A stretch of DNA of 32,519 bases from an uncultured Flavobacteriaceae bacterium (GTDB taxonomy: Bacteria > Bacteroidota > Bacteroidia > Flavobacteriales > Flavobacteriaceae). The position numbers were made by a program, and so were the translations under genes. A model generated the notes under the pieces. The model searched no databases. It was not told the origin of the DNA and saw only the letters and a list, made by a program, of their open reading frames with translations. Of this stretch, positions 16,246 to 25,862 are shown one piece after another (within the stretch, counting starts at the first letter, position 1; every line of letters starts with the position of its first letter). The stretch covers positions 1 to 32,519 of the forward strand of contig CAYUQW010000001.1 in assembly GCA_964446985.1 (NCBI GenBank), in the 5' to 3' direction.

Positions 16246-17098
16246 TGCCTTCTGTTTGTCGCAGAAACAATTTCCACGTATTTTCCAATAAGGAAGCTAC
16301 CGTAAGCGGCCCGATTCCGCCGGGAACCGGTGTAGCGGCCCGGACAAAATCCCGGATTTGTTCAAAATGAACGTCGCCTACCGTTTTTCCTCGAAATAAA
16401 TTGATGCCTACGTCGATAATTACCGTATCACGCGAAAAATAATCTTTGGTCCAATGAAGCGGTTTCCCTATGGCCGAGATAAAAATGTCCGCTTCGCGGA
16501 TGTATTTTTCCGGTTCTTTGGTCCGGCTGTGAATGCAGGTAACCGTAGCGTTTCCGAAGGCATATTTTCCCGACAGCATTGCCGCCAGCGGACGCCCGAC
16601 AATACGGCTCCTTCCGGCTATGACGACGTGTTTTCCTTCTACGGAAATTCCGTAAAAATCCAATAATTTGACAATGCCCCAAGGCGTTGCGGGAAAGATA
16701 TCGGCCGCTCCCGTCATAATTTTCCCCAGGTTGTTTGTATGAAAACCGTCGGCGTCTTTCTCCGGGTCAATGCGATCCAGAGTGGCATTTGTATCCGTTT
16801 CCGGGGGCAAGGGCAGTTGAACGATATATCCGTGAACGGCGGGATCGTTGTTGAACTTTTCTATGGTCCGGATTAAATTTTTTTCGTCTTTAACGTTTTC
16901 AAAGAAAATGTCGAATCCTGTTTTTCCGGCGGCTTTGATTTTGTTTTTCACATATATTTTCGAAGCGGCATTTTCTCCCGCCATAATGATGCCCAGTCCG
17001 GGGCGTTTGCCGGTTTGCAGGAAATGCTTGTCGATTTTTTGTCGAAGCTTGTCGAGCATTTCATCCGCTACCGGTTGCCCGTATAAAATTTTCGTCAT
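16235..17098 (-). CDS. folD: Bifunctional methylenetetrahydrofolate dehydrogenase (NADP+) / methenyltetrahydrofolate cyclohydrolase
   Basis: 287 aa. Contains YVKNKIKAA, HGYIVQLPLP, GRSRIVGRPLA and PGGIGPLTVA. Confidence 0.95.
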   Translation of the reverse strand: MTKILYGQPVADEMLDKLRQKIDKHFLQTGKRPGLGIIMAGENAASKIYVKNKIKAAGKTGFDIFFENVKDEKNLIRTIEKFNNDPAVHGYIVQLPLPPETDTNATLDRIDPEKDADGFHTNNLGKIMTGAADIFPATPWGIVKLLDFYGISVEGKHVVIAGRSRIVGRPLAAMLSGKYAFGNATVTCIHSRTKEPEKYIREADIFISAIGKPLHWTKDYFSRDTVIIDVGINLFRGKTVGDVHFEQIRDFVRAATPVPGGIGPLTVASLLENTWKLFLRQTEGIKS

Positions 17099-17100
17099 AA

Positions 17101-18447
17101 TTAATTCATTCCGGGAAATCCGCGTTGTCCGCCGAACATACGCATCAGGTTTTTCGGCCCGCCTTTTTGCATCATCTTCATCATTTTGCTCATCTGCTCG
17201 AATTGTTTGATCAGCTGGTTGACTTCCTGAATGCTGGTACCCGATCCGCGTGCGATACGTTTTTTTCGCGAAGAATTGATAATTTTCGGATTACGTCGTT
17301 CTTCGGGTGTCATCGAATAGATAATGGCTTCGATACTCTTGAAGGCGTCGTCTTCTATCTCTATGTTTTTCAATTGCTTACCCACGCCGGGAATCATTCC
17401 CATCAAATCCTTCATATTGCCCATTTTCTTGATTTTCTGGATTTGTTTCAGAAAATCGTCGAAACCGAATTGGTTTTTGGCAATTTTACGGCGCATTTTG
17501 GCCGCTTCTTCGGCGTCGTATTGTTCCTGGGCTTTTTCCACCAGACTGACAATGTCGCCCATTCCGAGAATACGGTCGGCCATACGGTCGGGGTGGAACA
17601 TATCCAAATCGGTGATTTTTTCGCCGGTTCCAATGAATTTAATGGGCTTGTTGACAACCGCTTTTACCGACAGAGCCGCACCGCCGCGGGCATCACCGTC
17701 CAGTTTGGTAAGCACCACGCCGTCAAAATCCAGTCTTTCGTTGAAAACTTTGGCGGTATTGACGGCATCCTGACCGGTCATCGAATCGACAACGAACAAC
17801 GTCTCGTGCGGATTTACGGCTTTCTTGATATTTTCGATTTCCTGCATCATTTCCTCATCCACGGCTAGACGTCCGGCCGTATCTATGATGACCGTGTCGA
17901 AACCGTTTTTCTTGGCATATTCGATGGCATTGCGGGCAATTTCAACGGGGTTTTTGTTCTCCGGTTCGGTATAGACTTCCACACCGATTTGTTCGCCCAA
18001 AATTTTCAATTGATCGATGGCTGCGGGACGGTAAACGTCTCCGGCCACGAGCAAAGGTTTTTTATGCTTTTTGGTTTTCAGCCGGTTGGCCAGTTTGGCC
18101 GAAAAAGTGGTTTTACCCGAACCTTGCAATCCGGCAATCAGAATGACCGACGGCTTGCCCGAAAGATTGATTCCTTCGGCTTGTCCGCCCATCAATTCGA
18201 CCAGTTCGTCGTGAACGATTTTAACCAAGACTTGTCCGGGCTTTAACGAAGTTAAAACATTGGCGCCCAGGGCTTTTTCCTTAACGCGTTTGGTAAAATC
18301 CTTGGCGATTTTATAGTTAACGTCCGCTTCCAACAAAGCCCGCCGCACTTCTTTGAGTGATTCGGCTACATTGATTTCCGTAATCTTACTGCGTCCTTTG
18401 AGAATATGAAAGGCCTTGTCGAGTTTGTCGCTGAGATTTTCGAACAT
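17101..18447 (-). CDS. ffh: Signal recognition particle protein Ffh
   Basis: 448 aa. Starts MFENLSDKL, has the GTPase motifs GLQGSGKTT, DTAGR and TKLDGD, and a Met-rich M domain at the C-terminus. The stop lies 2 nt before the folD start. Confidence 0.97.
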   Translation of the reverse strand: MFENLSDKLDKAFHILKGRSKITEINVAESLKEVRRALLEADVNYKIAKDFTKRVKEKALGANVLTSLKPGQVLVKIVHDELVELMGGQAEGINLSGKPSVILIAGLQGSGKTTFSAKLANRLKTKKHKKPLLVAGDVYRPAAIDQLKILGEQIGVEVYTEPENKNPVEIARNAIEYAKKNGFDTVIIDTAGRLAVDEEMMQEIENIKKAVNPHETLFVVDSMTGQDAVNTAKVFNERLDFDGVVLTKLDGDARGGAALSVKAVVNKPIKFIGTGEKITDLDMFHPDRMADRILGMGDIVSLVEKAQEQYDAEEAAKMRRKIAKNQFGFDDFLKQIQKIKKMGNMKDLMGMIPGVGKQLKNIEIEDDAFKSIEAIIYSMTPEERRNPKIINSSRKKRIARGSGTSIQEVNQLIKQFEQMSKMMKMMQKGGPKNLMRMFGGQRGFPGMN

Positions 18448-18470
18448 ATTGTCGGATATTTGATTAACTG

Positions 18471-18478
18471 CAAATTTA
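18471..18478 (-). promoter_or_regulatory. Candidate -7 promoter box TAAATTTG for the ffh-folD operon
   Basis: The minus strand reads TAAATTTG, an exact TAnnTTTG match ending 23 nt upstream of the ffh ATG (18447). Motif match only. Confidence 0.4.
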
Positions 18479-18531
18479 CAAAAAATAATAGGTATGATTT
18501 TTGTCCCTTCCGGGGTATGAAAATTTTAAGG

Positions 18532-18539
18532 TAACTTTG
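18532..18539 (+). promoter_or_regulatory. Candidate -7 promoter box TAACTTTG for the M23-ribD-yigZ-like operon
   Basis: Exact TAnnTTTG match ending 24 nt upstream of the ATG at 18564. Motif match only. Confidence 0.4.
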
Positions 18540-18563
18540 TAAATCATTCGATTTGTGCAGGGT

Positions 18564-20267
18564 ATGACAAAAAATTTTTTTCTTGTTTTGATATTATTTT
18601 ACCTTATTCCCCGGTATGTATTCGCTCAGGATACTGCACGCTATCGTTTACCTTTGGATTTGCCTTTGCATTTATCGGCCACTTTCGGTGAACTGCGTCC
18701 CAACCATTTTCACGCCGGCTTGGATATAAAAACCGAAGGACGGACGGGCTGGCGCGTTTATGCCGTGGCGGACGGCGATATTGTGCGTGTCAAAGTGCAG
18801 CGCGGCGGTTACGGAAAAGCCGTTTATATCCGGCACAAGGACGGTAAAATCAGCGTTTACGGACATTTGAGCGATTTTGCGGGTGAATTGGAAGATTATG
18901 TTAAATCTCTACAATACAAAAAGAAGCGTTTTTATATCGATTTGTCCTTCAAACCGGGACGTTTCCCCGTCAAAAAAGGGCAAATTATCGCCTATTCGGG
19001 AAATACCGGCGGATCGATGGGACCGCATTTACATTTCGAATTGCGCCGCGATATGATGCATCCGATGAATCCTATGCGCGAAGGATTTATTCCCGCCGAT
19101 ACGGTCAGACCCGAAATCAAAGGCATATATTTTTATGCCCTGAACGATACGTCCCACGTTAATGCCGTTCACGGCCGTGTCCCCGGAATCTTGCATTTTT
19201 TATCCGACGGGAAATATGAGGTTGATCCCGTATCGGCCTACGGAAAAATCGGGTTGGGAATTATGACGTTCGATCAGCAAAGCGAAACCTGGAACAAGAA
19301 CGGGGTGTATGATATCCGGATGAAGGTGAACGGTATCAAAGTTTACGAAACGCGGATGGATGAAATCAGTTTTTCCACTACAAGAAATATCAATGTGTTG
19401 ATCGATTATCCCTATTATTATCACCACCGCAAATACATACAGCGTCTTTGGAAACATCCCGAAGCCAAATTGCCCGTTTTTGCCGCGTTGGTCAAAAGAG
19501 GAATTATTGATGTCAAACCGGGAGAACGTTATGCCGTGCAAATCGAGGTGTCGGATTTTCAGGGAAACACTTCCGTCGTAACGACAATGATAAACGGCAC
19601 TTCTCCTATCGAAAAAGCGGAAGGAGTACAGCGAACGCCTTATTTCGTAAACCATAAAAAACCTTTTCGTATTCACGGCGATAAAACGGATATTTTTTTC
19701 CCTGCCAAAACTTTTTATGACGATGTGTATCTGAATTTTTCCGAATATATCAACGGTGTCGATATCAAACCTTACGATGTAGCGACGGCCGGAAGTTTTA
19801 CGGTTCGATACAGCTTGCAATCCGTGCCGGGAAATCTGAAAAAATATGCCTATTTGGCGCGGGTTAATCCCCGGAATTTGAAAAAAGTCTATGCGGCATC
19901 CCGAAAAAAACACGACAGTATCATTATGCGGACGAGCCGTCCCGGAATGTTTTTCGTTGCCTATGACAGCATACCGCCCGTTATTTCGGGTTTGAATATT
20001 GCCAATGGCAAATGGATTTCCAAATACCGCTACCTGCGTTTTCGCGTACGAGACGATCAAACGGGCATTGCTTCGATAAATGCTTATATCGACGGCCAAT
20101 GGATTTTGACGGAATATGACTATAAGACCGGCAAGGTTTTCTATGATTTCAACGATTTGTCATTTCCGGGAAAGAAACATATTTTGCACATCATCGTGCG
20201 TGACAGGGTAGGGAACAAAGCCGAGAAAAAAATTGTGTTCTACCGTAAATACAAACATTTGAAATGA
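18564..20267 (+). CDS. M23 family metallopeptidase with long C-terminal extension
   Basis: The track ORF begins at GTG 18555; the first ATG is at 18564 (MTKNFFLVLILFYL..., a signal peptide). HFHAGLDIKT (HxxxD) and GPHLHFELR (HxH) lie in the first about 170 aa. The following roughly 400 aa is beta-rich and has no motif I recognise. Confidence 0.85.
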   Translation: MTKNFFLVLILFYLIPRYVFAQDTARYRLPLDLPLHLSATFGELRPNHFHAGLDIKTEGRTGWRVYAVADGDIVRVKVQRGGYGKAVYIRHKDGKISVYGHLSDFAGELEDYVKSLQYKKKRFYIDLSFKPGRFPVKKGQIIAYSGNTGGSMGPHLHFELRRDMMHPMNPMREGFIPADTVRPEIKGIYFYALNDTSHVNAVHGRVPGILHFLSDGKYEVDPVSAYGKIGLGIMTFDQQSETWNKNGVYDIRMKVNGIKVYETRMDEISFSTTRNINVLIDYPYYYHHRKYIQRLWKHPEAKLPVFAALVKRGIIDVKPGERYAVQIEVSDFQGNTSVVTTMINGTSPIEKAEGVQRTPYFVNHKKPFRIHGDKTDIFFPAKTFYDDVYLNFSEYINGVDIKPYDVATAGSFTVRYSLQSVPGNLKKYAYLARVNPRNLKKVYAASRKKHDSIIMRTSRPGMFFVAYDSIPPVISGLNIANGKWISKYRYLRFRVRDDQTGIASINAYIDGQWILTEYDYKTGKVFYDFNDLSFPGKKHILHIIVRDRVGNKAEKKIVFYRKYKHLK

Positions 20268-21319
20268 GCAACCGCCACGAAACCTATATTCGACGTTGTT
20301 TCGATTTGGCTTTGAACGGCCGCGGGACCACTTATCCCAATCCGGTCGTTGGCGCGGTTCTGGTGCATAACGGCCAAATTATCGGTGAAGGATGGCACCG
20401 GAAATCGGGAGAACCGCACGCCGAAGTAATGGCCGTTAAAAATACGCTGCATAAGGAATTATTGAAGGAGGCAACTTTATATGTCAATCTCGAACCTTGT
20501 TCGTTTTACGGGAAAACGCCCGCTTGCAGCACGATGATTATTCGCGAAAAAATTCCGCGGGTGGTCATTTCCAATATCGATCCGAACGACAAGGTGGCGG
20601 GAAAAGGCGTGGAGATGTTGCGTCAAGCGGGAATAGACGTGACAACCGGCATTTTGGAACGCGACGGACGGGAACTCAACCGTTTTTTCTTTTCGATGCA
20701 CGAACGCAAACGGCCTTATATCATTTTGAAATGGGCCCGGACCTCCGACGGTTTTATGGCGCCGGAGGAAAATAAAAAATACTGGATTACAAACGATTTT
20801 TCACGACAATTGGTGCATAAATGGCGTTCGGAAATACAAGGGATTTTGATCGGGAAAAATACGCTCTTGGCCGATAATCCGCTTTTGGACAGCAGGTTAT
20901 GGGATTATAACAATCCGGTTCCCGTCGTATTGTCCGGTAGCGGTCTCAAAGGCAAATTCGCATTGGTTTCCCGTGCGGAAAGAAGCATTTTTTTAGGGCC
21001 GGTCAAACCGGATTTTCCGGATGAAGGGCTCATTTACAGGCAGGCACGGGATCTTGAAGCAGTGTTGGAAGTTTTATATGAGGAAAATATCCAGTCCGTC
21101 TTGGTAGAAGGCGGAAGGCGGGTTTTAACGGCTTTTATCGAAGCGGGCTTATGGGACGAAGCGAGGATTTTTACTTCACCGGCGGTTTGGGGCAAAGGAT
21201 TGAAATCGCCCGTTTTGAAGGATGAAATTTGGCTGAAAACCGAAATGATCGGGACGGACCGCTTGGACTACTACTATCGTCGAGGAAACGATTATGTCTA
21301 TGAAGGAAGATACCTATAA
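20264..21319 (+). CDS. ribD: Bifunctional diaminohydroxyphosphoribosylaminopyrimidine deaminase / 5-amino-6-(5-phosphoribosylamino)uracil reductase
   Basis: 351 aa. Deaminase zinc motifs HAEVMAV and EPCSFYGKTPAC are present, with a C-terminal reductase domain. The start overlaps the upstream stop (ATGA). Confidence 0.93.
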   Translation: MSNRHETYIRRCFDLALNGRGTTYPNPVVGAVLVHNGQIIGEGWHRKSGEPHAEVMAVKNTLHKELLKEATLYVNLEPCSFYGKTPACSTMIIREKIPRVVISNIDPNDKVAGKGVEMLRQAGIDVTTGILERDGRELNRFFFSMHERKRPYIILKWARTSDGFMAPEENKKYWITNDFSRQLVHKWRSEIQGILIGKNTLLADNPLLDSRLWDYNNPVPVVLSGSGLKGKFALVSRAERSIFLGPVKPDFPDEGLIYRQARDLEAVLEVLYEENIQSVLVEGGRRVLTAFIEAGLWDEARIFTSPAVWGKGLKSPVLKDEIWLKTEMIGTDRLDYYYRRGNDYVYEGRYL

Positions 21320-21926
21320 AACCGTTGCCGCGCAGGCCGGACCGGCTATCTACAAAGATCGCGGGAGCAAATTCCTGGGATACGCTTTCCCCGTGGAGAA
21401 CCGTGATGAAGTGAAACGGTTTTTGGAGCAAATCAAATCGGAACACCACGCGGCAAGGCATTGGTGCTATGCCTACCGTATCGGCAAGCAAAACATTGAA
21501 GAACGTGCCAACGACGACGGTGAACCGGCTCATTCCGCCGGCACGCCGATTCTCAATCAAATCAAAAGTGCCGGATTGACCGATGTTTTGGTGATAGTTG
21601 TGCGTTACTTCGGCGGAGTAAAACTCGGTGTGGGCGGATTGATACAGGCCTACAAAACCGCGGCCAAGGATGTTTTGGAACAGGCGGAAATCGTCGAGAG
21701 AGAAATCCTAACGGAATTAACGGTCCGCTTCCCCTACGATAAAATCAATGAAGTGATGCGTATTGTCAAGCGGATGAACCTGAAAATCACCGGCAGGCAA
21801 TCGGCCGAGGATATGCAACTGACCATTGCGGTGAAACCGGGCGAAAAAGACCGTTTGATCGAAGCCTTATCCGTCTTGCACCGGGTCGATATCCGGAACG
21901 GTGACGATAAACCGGAAAATGGTTAA
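21294..21926 (+). CDS. YigZ / IMPACT family protein (UPF0029)
   Basis: 210 aa. Contains YKDRGSKFLGYAFPV, HHAARHWCYAYR, DDGEPAHSAGTPIL and VVRYFGGVKLG. It overlaps ribD by 26 nt; an alternative ATG lies at 21300. Confidence 0.88.
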   Translation: MSMKEDTYKTVAAQAGPAIYKDRGSKFLGYAFPVENRDEVKRFLEQIKSEHHAARHWCYAYRIGKQNIEERANDDGEPAHSAGTPILNQIKSAGLTDVLVIVVRYFGGVKLGVGGLIQAYKTAAKDVLEQAEIVEREILTELTVRFPYDKINEVMRIVKRMNLKITGRQSAEDMQLTIAVKPGEKDRLIEALSVLHRVDIRNGDDKPENG

Positions 21927-21944
21927 TTTTGAAAAAACGGATGG

Positions 21945-22394
21945 ATGCGCACCGCTTTTTTTCTCATATTATTCGTATTGCTTTCCGCTTGCAGGCATAA
22001 TGTTTCGGTGACGGAGCAAGGGTCGGCGCCGGATTCCGTTCCCGATTTGTATCCTTTGTATCCGGGATGCGAAACCTATTATTCGCCGGAGATGCAACGT
22101 TGGTGTTTCAAGCGTAAATTCTCCGCCGCATTGGAACAAGCCTTGGCCAAAGCCGAATGGCGCGATTCGCTGCTACTGTCGGTGCGGGGAGATACGCTTT
22201 GGTTGGATTTGCAAGTGGATAGCACCGGTTATGTGCGGCTTCGCCGTATGCAAGGCATTGATTCCGTCTCCGGAACCTTTTTTATCTCCCGTTTTAATCG
22301 ATTGCTGAAAGAATTGCCGCCTTTGTCTCCGGCGGTGAAACACGGCGTTCCCGTCAGTGTGCGTTTCCGGGTGCCTGTGGTGAAATCAAAATAA
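21945..22394 (+). CDS. Hypothetical lipoprotein, possibly TonB C-terminal-like fold
   Basis: 149 aa with a lipobox (LLSAC). The PLYPGC...C pair and the C-terminal PLSPAVKHGVPVSVRFRVPV resemble TonB_C-type domains in small Bacteroidota proteins. The assignment is weak. Confidence 0.4.
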   Translation: MRTAFFLILFVLLSACRHNVSVTEQGSAPDSVPDLYPLYPGCETYYSPEMQRWCFKRKFSAALEQALAKAEWRDSLLLSVRGDTLWLDLQVDSTGYVRLRRMQGIDSVSGTFFISRFNRLLKELPPLSPAVKHGVPVSVRFRVPVVKSK

Positions 22395-22973
22395 AAAATT
22401 ATTGATTTTCAGCCAGTTAATCCAAAATTTTTCCGTTGGCAGTCCCATTACGTTATAGAAAGAACCTTTGATGCTTTCCACGCCGATCATTCCTATCCAT
22501 TCCTGTATGCCGTAAGCGCCCGCTTTATCGTAGGGCATAAACCGGCATACGTAAAAATTCATTTCTTCCTTGGAAAGTTCCCTGAAACGTATTTCCGTGG
22601 TGTCGTCAAAACAATACAGATTGTTCTTCTCCCGCAGACATACGCCGGTGGTAACCGAATGGGTTTTTCCCGAGAGACTTTCCAGCATATCCAGCGCTTC
22701 GTATTGGTTGGCGGGTTTTCCCAACGGTTTTCCGTCCAGCAGAACCAACGTGTCGGCAGTCAGCAGGACTTCGTTTCCGGCCAAAGGATGCGGGTAATGT
22801 TTCGATTTTTCCTTGGCTAAAACAACGGGATCGGCCGTGTTCAAACCGCTTTCGTCGAAATCGATGACGACACTGCGATAGGGGATAAACATTTGCTCTA
22901 TCAATGCCTTTCGCCGCGGTGATTGCGAACCGAGCAGCAGGATTTTCTTAAATTCGAATTCGTATGAAGCCAT
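22386..22973 (-). CDS. maf: Maf family nucleoside triphosphate pyrophosphatase
   Basis: 195 aa. Contains LLGSQSPRRKALIE, a TADTLV context, and KAGAYGIQE. Confidence 0.92.
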   Translation of the reverse strand: MASYEFEFKKILLLGSQSPRRKALIEQMFIPYRSVVIDFDESGLNTADPVVLAKEKSKHYPHPLAGNEVLLTADTLVLLDGKPLGKPANQYEALDMLESLSGKTHSVTTGVCLREKNNLYCFDDTTEIRFRELSKEEMNFYVCRFMPYDKAGAYGIQEWIGMIGVESIKGSFYNVMGLPTEKFWINWLKINNFLF

Positions 22974-23825
22974 TTACATTAAAATAATTCCGAACAAGCC
23001 TAAAAGTAACAAAATTTTGTAGAACCGTGCCAAGCGTTTGAAGTTTATTTTTCCGCGAATCAATTTGTTCAGATGCACGGATACGGGGATAAAAATCATT
23101 GCGAAATAATAGATTTTGGCTATGCTCGATATATGCGGATTAAAATAGAAAATTATCAGTAAAATCAATAGCAGAATGATATGAAAAAACATTAATCGAA
23201 GGGCTTTTTTCGGGGAAATGAGCGGGAGAGTTTGATATTGCATTTTGCGGTCGCCTTTACGATCCAAAAAATCTTTGGCCAATTCGCGGTTCATATTGAC
23301 GGGGAAAAGAAAAAGCGCCGTAAACAGTAATTTCAACTGATCGATATAGTGTAAGGTATAAAAAATTATTATATTGAAAATCAATAACATAAGAAGAATA
23401 CTGATGATAAAATTTCCGATAACAGGCATTTTTTTGATAATGCGGTTGTAATCGAACAGAAGGATGATGACAGCAAGAAAATACAAGATGTACAATCCTT
23501 TGTGGATCCGGATCAGGAAGAGCCAGGCAAGCAGCAGACCGGCGACATATAATATATAAGGTAAAAGGCGGTAGATGTTTCTTTCGTCGTGGTGATGGTA
23601 GAAGTTGAATTTGCGGTTGTGGCGGTCGGTTTCCGTATCGTACAAATCGTTTTCCAGATTGCCGGCGGCGGTGATGCTCAATGTGGCCAAGAGGAGCAGG
23701 AGAAAAGTCGTGATATCGTAGTAGGGAGCCAGGAATTTGTAAAATAAAACCAGGTACAGCAGGATAATAAGCAGGAGATTTTTCCAGCGTACGGCTTCGA
23801 GAAAGTGAGGGACGAGGATTCTCAT
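22974..23825 (-). CDS. UbiA family integral-membrane prenyltransferase (substrate unknown)
   Basis: 283 aa with about 8 TM helices. The first Asp-rich motif is NLENDLYDTETD (NDxxDxxxD) and the second is KDFLDRKGD. Its start overlaps the kdsC stop (ATGA), and its stop abuts the maf start. Confidence 0.75.
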   Translation of the reverse strand: MRILVPHFLEAVRWKNLLLIILLYLVLFYKFLAPYYDITTFLLLLLATLSITAAGNLENDLYDTETDRHNRKFNFYHHHDERNIYRLLPYILYVAGLLLAWLFLIRIHKGLYILYFLAVIILLFDYNRIIKKMPVIGNFIISILLMLLIFNIIIFYTLHYIDQLKLLFTALFLFPVNMNRELAKDFLDRKGDRKMQYQTLPLISPKKALRLMFFHIILLLILLIIFYFNPHISSIAKIYYFAMIFIPVSVHLNKLIRGKINFKRLARFYKILLLLGLFGIILM

Positions 23826-24340
23826 AGATCAAACCAATCGCCGCGGACCCGCAAGACTTGTTCGATGAGTTCACGCACGCAACCTTCGCCGCCGTTTTGC
23901 GGTGTGACGAAATCGACGCGTTCCAGTACTTCGCGGGCGGCATTGGCAGGGGCTGCCGAAAGGCCGACGTAATCCAACACGGGAATATCGAAAATGTCGT
24001 CGCCCATATAGGCGATTTGTTCCGGCGATAAATTGTTCTCCTTCATATATTGCAGTAGGACGGGTAATTTATCGTCGCTTTTCAGGAAAACGTCTTTGAT
24101 ATTTAAATATTGCAGGCGGTCGCGGATACCTTCGGCATTTCCGCCGCTGATAACGGCAATCCGGTAGCCTTTGCCGGCGGCATATTTCAGAGCCAATCCG
24201 TCCTTGGTGTAAATGGTCCGTGCCAATTGATTGTCCGGCAGGGTATAGACTTTACCGTCGGTGATGACACCGTCGATATCGAATATAAATGTGTCTATTT
24301 GTTTTAGCTTTGATTTCCAGCTTTCTACGGCTTTGTTCAT
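23822..24340 (-). CDS. kdsC: 3-deoxy-D-manno-octulosonate 8-phosphate phosphatase (HAD-IIIA)
   Basis: 172 aa. Contains FIFDIDGVITDG (DxD), a VISGG context, and YMGDDIFDIPVL. Confidence 0.88.
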   Translation of the reverse strand: MNKAVESWKSKLKQIDTFIFDIDGVITDGKVYTLPDNQLARTIYTKDGLALKYAAGKGYRIAVISGGNAEGIRDRLQYLNIKDVFLKSDDKLPVLLQYMKENNLSPEQIAYMGDDIFDIPVLDYVGLSAAPANAAREVLERVDFVTPQNGGEGCVRELIEQVLRVRGDWFDL

Positions 24341-24452
24341 ACGAAAAATATAGGCACGAAGTTATGAAAAAAACTTGATTTTGAAGGAACGGCTTGCTCG
24401 CGGATCAAGGGAAAACCGGCTGACATTGGGAGAATTAACGTAATTTTGTCCT

Positions 24453-25853
24453 ATGAAATATCGCGAAAAAATTATTGCCGAAGCCACTCCGCCGGGTCGC
24501 GGTGCCATTTCCGTTTTCCGGCTTTCCGGCGAGGGGATTATAGAAGTCTGCGACAGGTTTTTCCGGCCTGTTTCCGGGAAATCGTTGAAGGATGCGCCGG
24601 GATATTCGTTACATTACGGCGAATTTACCGACGGTTCGGAAGTGATTGACGAAGTGATGGTGGCGGTTTTTCGTGCGCCGAAATCCTACACGGGGGAAGA
24701 TGCCGTGGAAATATCGGTTCACGCCTCGCCGTATATCCGCAGGCGGGTCGTAGAGGTTTTTTTGCAAGCCGGTGTGCGTTTGGCCGAGCCGGGAGAGTTT
24801 ACGCTGCGGGCTTTTCTCAACGGCAAGATGGATTTGACACGCGCCGAAGCCGTTGCCGATTTGATCGACGCGGAGAGCAAGTGGGAACACGATGCCGCTT
24901 TCCGGCAATTGCGCGGCGGATTTTCGTCCGTGTTGAAAAATCTACGCGCCAAACTTGTCGAATTTGCGTCGTTAATGGAGTTGGAATTGGATTTCAGCGA
25001 AGAAGACGTGGAATTTGCCGACAGGAAGCGGTTTGATCGATTGTTGAAAGATATTTCGCACGTTTTGTCCGGGTTGATTGCCAGTTACGAGACCGGTAAT
25101 ATTCTGAAAAAAGGTTTGCCCGTGGCCATTGTCGGTGAACCGAACGCCGGTAAATCCACGCTGCTCAACCTGTTGCTGCGCGAGGAGAAAGCCATTGTGA
25201 CCGATGTTCCCGGAACCACGCGTGATGCCATAGAGGACGAGGTGATTTTGGGTGGCGTCAAATTCCGTTTTGTCGATACGGCTGGCTTGCGCGAAACGGC
25301 GGATAAAGTGGAAAAAATCGGTATTGAACGGACCTATGAAAAGATGCGCGAAGCACGGATTATTTTGGTAACCGTTGACGTACGCGAGTTAAAGGATATT
25401 TCCGGATTACTACTGAAAATACGTAAGTGGAAGGCGGATTTCCCGGATAAGATTTTTGCCGTGATTCTCAATAAAACCGATTTGATCGATGAACCGGAAG
25501 CGACAAGTTTGGCTCAACGCTTGCACGAAGAAACGGGTCTTGAAATTATTCCTTTTTCGGCCAAGACGGGTAAAGGTCTTTCCGCTTTGGAAGCATTCCT
25601 GACGGCGCAAGTGGATTTGGGTCGTGTGCGTTCCGGGGATTTGGTGGTGATGCGTGCCCGTCATACCGATGCGTTGCGTAAGGCTTTGGCTGCGGTGGAA
25701 AATGTGCGGGAAGGATTGCAGGCGGGAATTTCAACGGATTTGTTGGCGGTGGATATTCGCGAAGCCTTGCACTACTTGGGTGAAATTACGGGCGAAATTT
25801 CCACGGACGATTTGTTGGATCATATCTTCCGGAATTTCTGTATAGGCAAGTAA
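24453..25853 (+). CDS. mnmE: tRNA uridine-5-carboxymethylaminomethyl modification GTPase MnmE
   Basis: 466 aa. Contains ATPPGRGAISVFRLSG, G motifs GEPNAGKST, DTAGLR and NKTDL, and the C-terminal FCIGK. Confidence 0.96.
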   Translation: MKYREKIIAEATPPGRGAISVFRLSGEGIIEVCDRFFRPVSGKSLKDAPGYSLHYGEFTDGSEVIDEVMVAVFRAPKSYTGEDAVEISVHASPYIRRRVVEVFLQAGVRLAEPGEFTLRAFLNGKMDLTRAEAVADLIDAESKWEHDAAFRQLRGGFSSVLKNLRAKLVEFASLMELELDFSEEDVEFADRKRFDRLLKDISHVLSGLIASYETGNILKKGLPVAIVGEPNAGKSTLLNLLLREEKAIVTDVPGTTRDAIEDEVILGGVKFRFVDTAGLRETADKVEKIGIERTYEKMREARIILVTVDVRELKDISGLLLKIRKWKADFPDKIFAVILNKTDLIDEPEATSLAQRLHEETGLEIIPFSAKTGKGLSALEAFLTAQVDLGRVRSGDLVVMRARHTDALRKALAAVENVREGLQAGISTDLLAVDIREALHYLGEITGEISTDDLLDHIFRNFCIGK

Positions 25854-25862
25854 TTTTTGTGC

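Noticed and set aside
20150-20270. Looked for an FMN riboswitch ahead of ribD
   Set aside because: No intergenic space exists, because the ribD start overlaps the upstream stop. The upstream sequence is coding.
23257-23943. 228-aa alternative-frame minus ORF across the UbiA/kdsC junction
   Set aside because: It is Pro/Arg/Ser-rich out-of-frame translation. Both real frames carry diagnostic motifs.
24441-24448. TAATTTTG (perfect TAnnTTTG) upstream of mnmE
   Set aside because: It ends only 4 nt before the ATG, so it would imply a leaderless transcript or a start inside the codon. It is possible, but I cannot support it. The MnmE N-terminus fits the 24453 start.
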